Part shown: piece after piece, positions 55,767 to 64,000 of the stretch
Layout of the letters: every line of letters begins with the position of its first letter
Position numbering within the stretch: the first letter of the stretch is position 1
NCBI GenBank assembly: GCA_963813715.1
Contig: CAWFAK010000005.1
Location: 512,001 to 576,000, forward strand
DNA from: an uncultured Planctomycetaceae bacterium
GTDB lineage: Bacteria > Planctomycetota > Planctomycetia > Planctomycetales > Planctomycetaceae
Reading direction: 5' to 3'
Length of the DNA stretch: 64,000 nucleotides
The notes under the pieces: generated by a model
Told to the model about the DNA's origin: nothing
Databases searched by the model: none
The model's input: the letters and a program-made list of their open reading frames with translations, nothing else
Translations under genes and position numbers: made by a program

Positions 55767-56600
55767 TTATGAACCCAGGCTCCGCCAGACGGTGACGATC
55801 ATCAGCGGCGCGATGGCCAGATAACAGCCGCACCAGGAGAGGATCAATCGCCTCAGGAAGCAGGCCCGCTGTTGTTGGAATTCGGGGGGCATCGTGTGGC
55901 AGAGAGCGACGAACCCGACGAAGAGCGATCGCGTGCCCCACAGGCCACCGATAAAGGGGAGGCAGAGCCCCAATAGCAGGATTGACGCCATGAACTGCTG
56001 CGAGACCGGCAGCACGATCGCCCCCAGCGCCAGGGCCAGGTAAATCGGCAAGATGCCGATCAAGGCGACGGCAGCGACGGCCGTTCCCTTGAGCGAATGG
56101 ACAACCACGTCCGACATCGTCATTCGCAGGCCCGACAACAGGCCGTAGAAATAGAGACTCGGCAGGCAGATGCCCGAGGCGGCGATCAAGCCAAAGCTAT
56201 AAGCGATCACCAGTCGAGCGGCCCGTCCGACCAACTGTCCTTTTTCCTGGCCCACCGCGTCGAACGTCACGAAACGCGGATCGCGCCCGCTCAGCCATTC
56301 GACGGGCACTGCCAGCCGCGGCCATTCTCGGGCAGCAAAGAAGGTCAGCGACATGGCCAGGCCGTAGAGCGCGAACGAAACGAGGGCGATTGCCAAGAGT
56401 CGCGAGGCCAGCTCCACCTTGCGCTCCGTGAGTTGCGCGAATCGATCCAGACGTCGGCGATCTTTGAGGATCATTTCGATGATCGGGGCGATCCCGAATT
56501 GCATTTCGCCCGTTGCCGCAGGGATCGCCGGTGCCGCGTACGCAAGTTCGCAAGGTTGTGACATCGCCAGGTTCTCCAAAAACTGTTGCGCGCCGTTCAT
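55767..56600 (-). CDS. Integral membrane protein of the PspA operon
   Basis: Multiple TM helices; ICLPSLY and PIY motifs. Confidence 0.75.
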   Translation of the reverse strand: MNGAQQFLENLAMSQPCELAYAAPAIPAATGEMQFGIAPIIEMILKDRRRLDRFAQLTERKVELASRLLAIALVSFALYGLAMSLTFFAAREWPRLAVPVEWLSGRDPRFVTFDAVGQEKGQLVGRAARLVIAYSFGLIAASGICLPSLYFYGLLSGLRMTMSDVVVHSLKGTAVAAVALIGILPIYLALALGAIVLPVSQQFMASILLLGLCLPFIGGLWGTRSLFVGFVALCHTMPPEFQQQRACFLRRLILSWCGCYLAIAPLMIVTVWRSLGS

Positions 56601-56632
56601 GCGGACGCTCCGTTTGGAATTCCGTCAATGAC

Positions 56633-57229
56633 CTAGACGGTCGGGAACTGGAACAGGCCGAGATGGAAGAAGAGCTCGCTGCCGATTGCCGCCACGAGCA
56701 CGAGCCACCAGGCGGGAAACATTTCCCGCGCGGGATCGAGTCGTCGCATCACGCGGCGAAAGACATCGGTCATCGCCACGCCGACTCCAGCAAACACAAC
56801 TAGATTCACCAAGAGTGCAAAACCTGAGTGGGGAATCGCGGTCAGAAGGAACCAGTTGATGGGGATCGAAGCGACCATCGCCAGGCCGCCCCAACTTACG
56901 GTCACCAGAGCCGCCAGCACGGTGCTGCTGAACGAAAGTTGCGAGCCCGACAGGCTGTTGAGGATGTAGAGGGCGGGCAGAGCCACCGCCCAGGCGGTCC
57001 CCGCCGCGAAGGTGCAAATCAGGCCTTTTTGCAGAACGTCCGGAACTCCTCCGAGCAGGCCCATGGTCATGCCGTAAGTTGTTGTGCCAAAGATGGCCGT
57101 CCCCAACAGAGCCCCCCAGACCCATGGGCTGTAATGGGCGGCGCCGCACTGCCAGCGCTGGGCAAATTCTTCTGGTTCGCGGAGGGCCGCCCCGACATGA
57201 GCCAGCCCGGTTTGCAGTTCTGCTCGCAT
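56633..57229 (-). CDS. Integral membrane protein of the PspA operon
   Basis: Multiple TM helices; ALPALY and PINWF motifs resembling the downstream gene; AGGAG upstream. Confidence 0.75.
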   Translation of the reverse strand: MRAELQTGLAHVGAALREPEEFAQRWQCGAAHYSPWVWGALLGTAIFGTTTYGMTMGLLGGVPDVLQKGLICTFAAGTAWAVALPALYILNSLSGSQLSFSSTVLAALVTVSWGGLAMVASIPINWFLLTAIPHSGFALLVNLVVFAGVGVAMTDVFRRVMRRLDPAREMFPAWWLVLVAAIGSELFFHLGLFQFPTV

Positions 57230-57528
57230 CACTTGCTCCTCGCCGACTGATGGTTCTCGACCCGTCAGTGGGAACCGCAGTCTGTGACGATCTTTAACTG
57301 CAGGCATCTGGGCTATTTCGCAGAATCTGGTCGCGCTGGCTGCCGATGTTGATTCATCTGGCATCGCCCCGGGGAGAGTTCGGGGCAATCCCGGAATTCA
57401 TGTGGGCTGCGGTCTTGTCTCCGCTGCTCAAGGGGCGCATGATTTGCGGACCGGGGCCAACGCCCATGTGCGCGATCGGTCGGATCGCGTATCGACTGCT
57501 TCGTCCAGCGGGCAGAGAGGTAAGCGTG

Positions 57529-58908
57529 ATGCGCAGCTTCGCGACATTTCGAGCCGCCTACGCGGCAATTGCAGGTCTTGGCCTTCTCCTGTGCGCCGCG
57601 CTTTTGCTGAGTGGATGTGAGCAGCAGTCCACTGCCGGAGCAGGCGCCGGTGCGCCGCCGGTGACGGTCGCCTATCCCATCGAGAAGGAAGTCACCAACT
57701 ACGAAGACTACACTGGCCGCACGGCGGCCATCGAGTCGGTGCAGGTCACAGCCCGCGTCACCGGGTACTTGGACAAGATTTATTTTCTCGAAGGGGCCGA
57801 GGTCAAAGTGGGGACCGTCCTCTACGAGATCGACCCGCGGCCTTATCAGGCGGCGTTTGACCAGGCGAAAGCTCAGGCTGCGCAAAGTCAAGCGGCCCTC
57901 GACCTGGCCAAAGCGAATCGAGTGCGATACGAGGAGCTCTACCAAAAGAAAGTAGCGACGGCGCAGGACGTCGAAACCTACCGCTCGACGGAGGCGCAAG
58001 CCGCCGCAACGCTGGCGGCCTCGCAAGCCAATTTGGAGACGGCCCGCCTCAATCTCGGGTGGACGAAGGTGACTGCGCCGGTCGCCGGGCAGCTGGGTCA
58101 TACGCTGGTCTCCCGCGGCAACCTGGTGACGGCCGATCAGACCCCGCTGACCACGATGGTCTCGCTCGATCCGATGTACGTCTATTTCGACGTCGACGAG
58201 GCGACCGTCGAACGGATTCAGCAGCTCATCCGCGAAGGCAAGTTCAAATCGTCCTTGCCGCAGGAGACTGGCACCCCCGGTTCCAAAGGGCCTCAGGAGC
58301 CCGGGGCCGGCCCTGTCGTGAGTGCGGCGGTCCAAAAGAGCGGTCCGCTGGCGATCGCCATCGACGAGTTGACCCAGCATGCGGACCAGTTGCGGCAGGT
58401 CTACCTGGGGCTGGCGAACGAAGCGAACTATCCGCACGTCGCCTACATCGATTTCGTCAACAATCAGCTCAACCTGGCGACGGCAACTTTGCAGGTGCGG
58501 GCCATCTATTGGAACCATAAGCCGCCCATCGGCCCGCGAGTCTTCAATGCGGGAATGTTCGTCCGCGTGCGCGTGCCGACGAGCCCCACCTTCCAAGGTC
58601 TGCTCGTCAGCCAAGAAGCGATCCAGACCAATCAGAACCTGAAATACGTCGACGTCATAAACGATCAGGACGAGGTCGCTCGCCGCGATGTGACGCTCGG
58701 AGGCATCCAGGACGGACTGCAAGTGATCGCAAAGGGCTTAGCATCCAAAGAGCGCGTCGTGATCAGCGGCATGCAACATGTGAAGCCGGGGGGCAAGGTG
58801 ACGCCGAAATTGATCCCAATGCCCGTCATGGCGGAAACGGCACAGTCCCCGACCTCTTCTCCGCAAGTGAAGGCCCAAGAGGCGACCTCGAAGTCCGGGC
58901 AAGAATAG
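57529..58908 (+). CDS. RND efflux periplasmic adaptor (membrane fusion protein)
   Basis: Lipobox LSGC, V.ARV.GYL..I.F.EG..VK.G..LYEIDPRPY, TKVTAP..G, GMFVRVR. Confidence 0.93.
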   Translation: MRSFATFRAAYAAIAGLGLLLCAALLLSGCEQQSTAGAGAGAPPVTVAYPIEKEVTNYEDYTGRTAAIESVQVTARVTGYLDKIYFLEGAEVKVGTVLYEIDPRPYQAAFDQAKAQAAQSQAALDLAKANRVRYEELYQKKVATAQDVETYRSTEAQAAATLAASQANLETARLNLGWTKVTAPVAGQLGHTLVSRGNLVTADQTPLTTMVSLDPMYVYFDVDEATVERIQQLIREGKFKSSLPQETGTPGSKGPQEPGAGPVVSAAVQKSGPLAIAIDELTQHADQLRQVYLGLANEANYPHVAYIDFVNNQLNLATATLQVRAIYWNHKPPIGPRVFNAGMFVRVRVPTSPTFQGLLVSQEAIQTNQNLKYVDVINDQDEVARRDVTLGGIQDGLQVIAKGLASKERVVISGMQHVKPGGKVTPKLIPMPVMAETAQSPTSSPQVKAQEATSKSGQE

Positions 58909-58921
58909 GACAGCCACACCG

Positions 58922-61900
58922 ATGTTTGCCCGTTTCTTCATCGATCGGCCCATCTTCGCCTGGGTGCTCTCGCTGGTCATCATCCTGGTCGGCGGCGTGG
59001 CGGCGTTCACGCTGCCGGTCGACATGTACCCCCCGATCACGCCGCCCACGGTGCAAGTCACCTGCGCCTATCCCGGCGCAAATGCCCAGGTCGTTGCCGA
59101 CACGATCGCGGCGCCACTGGAGCAGCAGGTCAACGGCGTCGAAGGCATGATCTACATGTCGTCGCAGTCGACGAACGACGGCTCTTATGTGCTGACCGTC
59201 ACATTCGAGATCGGCACCGACGTCAACATGGCGCAGGTCCTCGTGCAAAATCGCGTCGCGCTGGCCACGCCCCAGTTGCCGGCCCAGGTGCAGCTCCAGG
59301 GAATCAATGTCCTCAAGACCTCGCCCAATATTTTGTTCGGCATCAACCTCGTCTCGCCCGATCGCCGTTACGACGCTCTGTTCCTCAGCAACTTCGCCAC
59401 CATTCAAATTCAGAACGAGCTGGCCCGCATCAAGGGGGTGGGACAGATCAAGATCGTCGGGATCGGCAATTACAGCATGCGGATCTGGGTCGACCCGTAC
59501 AAACTGGCCAGCCGCAGCCTCACCGCCGTCGACGTCGTCAATGCCGTGACGAATCAGAACGTGCAAGTGGCGGCGGGCAACGTCGGGCAGCAGCCCGTTC
59601 CCAAAGGGCAGATCTTTCAGCTTCCCATGGATGCCTTGGGGCGGCTCGACACGGAGAGGCAGTTCGGAGACATCATCCTCAAAGCAGGCCAGGCCACCGT
59701 CAACGGAAATCCCTCGAGCCCGATCGTCCACGTGCGCGACGTCGCCAAAGTTGAAATGGGGGCCCAGAGCTACGACCAGTTCTGCCGTCTGGATGGCGAG
59801 CCGTCCTGCATCATTGCTGTGTTTCAACTCCCTGGTTCCAACGCCCTCGACGTTGCGAAGCTCGTCAAAGCGCGAATGGAGGACCTCAAGGCGCGGTTTC
59901 CGCCGGGGCTCGATTACCGAATTGTCTACGACACGACCCCCTTCATCACGCAGTCGATCGACGAAGTTATTCACACGTTGATCGAGGCGATCTTCCTCGT
60001 GGCCCTCGTCGTCCTGTTCTTCCTGCAGGACTGGAAGGCCATGATCCTGCCGATGATCGATGTCCCGGTGTCGCTCGTTGGCACGTTTGCCGTTCTGGCC
60101 GTGCTCGGTTTCAGCCTGAATAACCTCACGCTGTTTGGCCTGGTGCTCGCGATCGGGATCGTCGTCGATGATGCGATCGTCGTTTTGGAGAACATCGAGC
60201 GGCTGATCGGCACAGGCTTGGACGCGCGGACCGCCACCATCCAGGCGATGGACGAGCTGACCGGGCCGATCATCGCCATCACGCTCGTCTTGGCCTCGGT
60301 CTTCATCCCGAGCATTTTCATTCCCGGGCTCACGGGGCAGTTTTATCGGCAGTTCGCAGTCACCATCGCCACGGCGGTGATCATTTCGGCGCTCAACGCG
60401 CTCACGTTGACGCCCTCGCGGGCCGTTTTCATCTTCCGCACGGAAGAAACCGACGCGCATGGCGAGCCCAAAAAAGAGGCCCTGCCGTGGTGGATTTTCG
60501 GCGTGATCGGCGGGTACGTGACGTATTCGCTCGCCCCGAGTTTCGCCGGACTGGGGTTGGCTGTTCCCGGGAGCGAAGGGCAAAGCTGGCCTGTCTGGTT
60601 GGGCCTGATCGCGGCCTGGTTCCTCCCCGGAGCGATTGTCGGGGGCGTAATCGGCTGGTTCATCATTCGGCCGGTCAACGCTATGCTCGGCGCGATTTTT
60701 CGCGCGTTCAATCGCGTGTTTGACCACGTGACCGCGGTTTACGGCTGGATCGTCGGCCGACTCATGCGGGGCGCGGTCATCGTGGGAATCGTCTACGCCG
60801 GTCTGCTCTTCGCAACCTGGTGGAGCGTGGCCTACGCGCCCAAGGGTTTCGTTCCCACGCAGGACCAGGGGTACCTGCTGGTCAATGTGCAGCTCCCCGA
60901 TTCGGCTTCGGTGCAGCGGACCGAAGTCGTCATGGACAAGATCTCTAAGATTGCCAGAGAAATTCCCGGCGTGGCCCACACCGTCTCGATCTCGGGCACG
61001 TCATTCCTCTTGTCAACGAACGGGTCGAACCTGGGCTCGATGTTCGTGGTCTTGAAACCCTTTGATCAGAGAAAAAGCCACGCGGAGTACGACGAAACCG
61101 TCGCCCAAGAGATTCAAAGGCGTTGCGCAGGAGGTCGAGGGAGGAATCGTGCTCGCCTTCCGCGCGCCCCCCGTTCGCGGACTGGGCAATGCCGGCGGCT
61201 TTCAGTTTCAGACCGAGCAGTACGGCTATTTCGATCTGCCTGAGCTGCAGAAGGAGACCGACGCGCTCGTGCAGCGGCTCAACAGCGATCCGCGATTTGC
61301 CGGGGCGTTCACGGTGTTTCGTTCCGCCACTCCCAGCCTGTTCGTCGACATCAACCGCACCAAGGTCGAGGCGCTGCAAATCCCCATCCAGGACGTCTTC
61401 ACGACGCTCAACGTCTACATGGGGGGGCTCTACGTCAACCAATTCGATCAGTTCGGGTTGGTCTGGCAGGTCCAGGTCGAGGCGGCCCCGGAATTTCGCA
61501 CGACGGCCGACATGCTCAAACAGTTTCAGGTGCGAACGAGCCAGGCGCAGATGGTGCCGATGGGCTCGATCGCCGCGATTCGCAATTCCACCGCGCCCCT
61601 GTTGGTGATGCGCTACAACATGTATGCATCGGCTTCGGTGAATGGGAACTCCGCCCCCGGAGTCAGCTCGGGGACGATCGTCGACGCCGTCACCCAGATC
61701 GCCAAAGAGATGGGCATCCCCTTCGAGTGGACGCAAACGACCTATCTCGAGGTGCAGGCCGGGAACGTCGCGCTTTTGATCTTTGCCCTCGGCACGCTGC
61801 TCGTCTACTTCGTGCTCGCCGCGAAATACGAAAGCTGGAACCTCCCGTTGGCGGTGATTCTCGTCGTCCCCTTGTGCATGCTCGCCGCGGTAACTGGGAT

Positions 61901-62303
61901 GGTGATCGCTAAGCTGCCGATCGACATCTTCGTCCAGATCGGCTTGTTGGTGCTGGTCGGCTTGGCGAGCAAGAACGCAATTCTGATCGTCGAATACGGC
62001 CGCGATCAAAGGCTCCAGGGAAAGGAGCTGCACGAGGCCGCCTTGACGGCGAGCAAAATCCGCTTCCGGCCGATCATCATGACGTCGTTCGCCTTTATCT
62101 TCGGCGTGATGCCACTGGTCTTGGCCACGGGCGCCGGGGCCGAAATGCGTCAATCGCTGGGCACGGCGGTCTTCAGCGGCATGATCGGCGTGACCCTCTT
62201 CGGTATCTTCCTCACACCGGTGTTCTTCTTCGCGCTATCGTGGCTGGCGGACCGCCGGCACGCGAAAGCCAGCGCGGCCCCGGAAGCACCGAAGACGACG
62301 TGA
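58922..62303 (+). CDS. RND efflux permease, AcrB/MexF-like (frameshift ~61120)
   Basis: FFIDRPIFAWV, GIVVDDAIVV.EN, GLASKNAILIVE, RFRPIIMTSFAF. Confidence 0.95.
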
Positions 62304-62355
62304 CGCGCTGCGGCACGGACAAGCGGGCAACGGGTCTTGCGACCTGCAGTCGCGC

Positions 62356-62838
62356 CTAAGGCGCCAGTATGTGCCGGCCGCCGGCGAATTGCTTGTGGCA
62401 GGCGTTGCAGCTCGTGAGCATTTGCTCGTAAGTCTTGCGGCTGGCCGCGAAATCCCTTTGACGTGCCGACTTGTAGAGCTGGCTGGCAGCGTCGCGAACG
62501 GCCGCGCTCGTTTCGCTCCACTTCCCGGGATCTTTGGGGGGCGTGTGCAGGAGCAACAGATTGCTCGTCTCGGCGAGAATCAGTGAATCGGACTTGATCG
62601 CCTTCCAAGCGGGCTCCGACGCGTGCGACGGGTCCATCGCCGGCTTCAGCCGCCGGAAAGTCGGCTGGAAGACGTACTCCATGAACTCGTGCATGTTGGT
62701 TTCCACCGGCACAACCTTGGCCCCCGCCGCAGAGTCGTCCGCCCGAACACGTTGCGGCGCCATGATCCACGAACCGGCCAGCAGCGTTACCAATAAAGCT
62801 GCCGACAGGGCAAAGCAAAAGGTGGGTGCGCGATGCAC
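62356..62838 (-). CDS. Exported cytochrome c (class II / c'-like)
   Basis: Signal peptide, helical body and C-terminal CNACH haem-binding motif. Confidence 0.8.
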   Translation of the reverse strand: MHRAPTFCFALSAALLVTLLAGSWIMAPQRVRADDSAAGAKVVPVETNMHEFMEYVFQPTFRRLKPAMDPSHASEPAWKAIKSDSLILAETSNLLLLHTPPKDPGKWSETSAAVRDAASQLYKSARQRDFAASRKTYEQMLTSCNACHKQFAGGRHILAP

Positions 62839-63079
62839 AGTTTGTTCCTCCGACGTTGTCGATCGTTGATTTAATCGTTGGCAGAAGCGGCAGGGCCGGC
62901 GTGAACGCGGCGCGAGAGCGCGGCGAGCGCTCCGATCGTAATGTCGTCGTGACCCTTTTGCCACGACGGCCCGGCTCGGCACACTCGCGGCGGGGATTGC
63001 GGTTGGTCCAGCGCTTTGGCACGATCACGGGCTTCCGCGGAGCACGACAAAAGCTCCGCGCGAAAGGGCATTTCCCACG

Positions 63080-63871
63080 ATGAACGGTCTGTTCGACGAA
63101 CTCAGTCGGCACGGGGTGCTGGCGCTGATCGGCATGATCTGCGGCGGCATCCTCACCTGGTTCGGCACTCGCTGGAAACGCCACAAAGAGCGGCTGAGCA
63201 TTCTCCGCGGCGATGCCCGCGACACGATCGTGATCCAGCAGCACATCGTCACCGCGGCCGAAGTTCCCAATCCGCACGGCCCGGGGGTCAAGCGGGTGCC
63301 CAGCTTGATCCGCGTGCGGCCACTCGGGCAGTCCGAGCTTTCGCGGGTGGTTCCGAACGGGCACCTGGCTGCCGAGCTGTCACGCCGCGCATTTCGTGTC
63401 ACGGCCAAGGATACGCTCATTTCGATGGATGGCGCGGAAGGCTCGTTCCTGTTGGAGACGCTCACGAATTTCGTTTGCGATCGGGTGGCCAACGCACCCT
63501 TTGAGCACGATCTCTACGCTATGGCTCCCTGTTGCGAACCGGCCGGCATGGCAGTGCATCAACCGATCACCATTCTGTTGATCCCGGTTTCCAGCCTGGC
63601 GCTCTTTGAGAACTGGGCCGATTGCCGGGATGTGCAGGTCGAGCGCGGAGCGACGGGGATGCGGATCCTGACCTTGATGGAACTTGCCCGCCGCTTTCGA
63701 ACTGAGCAGGAGCGGCTGACCGTCCTGCGGCGCGAGGGGAAGCGCACGCTCTACGAAGAGACGATCTACATCCTCGATCTGTGCTTGGACCAGCGTTCGG
63801 CGGCCGTCCCGCTCAAGAGCGTGCCTTGGGGCCGGTTCGAGGAAGTGCTGAAGAAGCTGGATCTGGAATAG
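63080..63871 (+). CDS. Hypothetical protein with N-terminal TM anchor
   Basis: 263-aa ORF with host-like codon usage and one N-terminal hydrophobic helix. Confidence 0.7.
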   Translation: MNGLFDELSRHGVLALIGMICGGILTWFGTRWKRHKERLSILRGDARDTIVIQQHIVTAAEVPNPHGPGVKRVPSLIRVRPLGQSELSRVVPNGHLAAELSRRAFRVTAKDTLISMDGAEGSFLLETLTNFVCDRVANAPFEHDLYAMAPCCEPAGMAVHQPITILLIPVSSLALFENWADCRDVQVERGATGMRILTLMELARRFRTEQERLTVLRREGKRTLYEETIYILDLCLDQRSAAVPLKSVPWGRFEEVLKKLDLE

Positions 63872-64000
63872 CGCGAACGACGCGACGTGTCCTGCTGTTG
63901 GCGCTGGTCCCCGAATCTCGAGCGAACGGTCGGCTAGGGCGTGCGTTCGCGGCTCGCGGCCGTGGTGCCGGGCGCCTCGGGGAATGGGCGGATCAAGGTC

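Overview
GC-rich bacterial chromosome segment, most likely a planctomycete (DUF1559 prepilin-type gene with its partner lipoprotein, planctomycete-type ECF sigma factor and TPR protein). It is mainly housekeeping and envelope genes (gntK, tam, sugar ABC SBP/permease, FKBP PPIase, M16 peptidase pair, kdoO-like, clpS, metH-metF, glpF-like, purQ, eno, GT4, S9 peptidase, PspA operon, RND efflux). About 15 genes are split by small indels, most consistent with long-read assembly error. Three accessory zones stand out. (1) 3.2-8.9 kb: a GTCCC-rich repeat tract and a defence island (DUF262 + HEPN, C5 methyltransferase + Vsr). (2) 31.8-32.7 kb: an insertion flanked by a duplicated 3' end of metH. (3) 45.0-47.65 kb: ~207-bp tandem repeats followed by an array of short co-oriented ORFs, unrelated beyond their first codons, sharing a 5' motif (TGACGGC-ATG-AGC-GAC-GAA-CCG) and a downstream motif (AACTCCCGTGCCA) that also occurs at the edge of the defence island. 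Zone 3 is the best candidate for an undescribed gene-cassette system. All family assignments come from motif recognition by eye; no database search was run.
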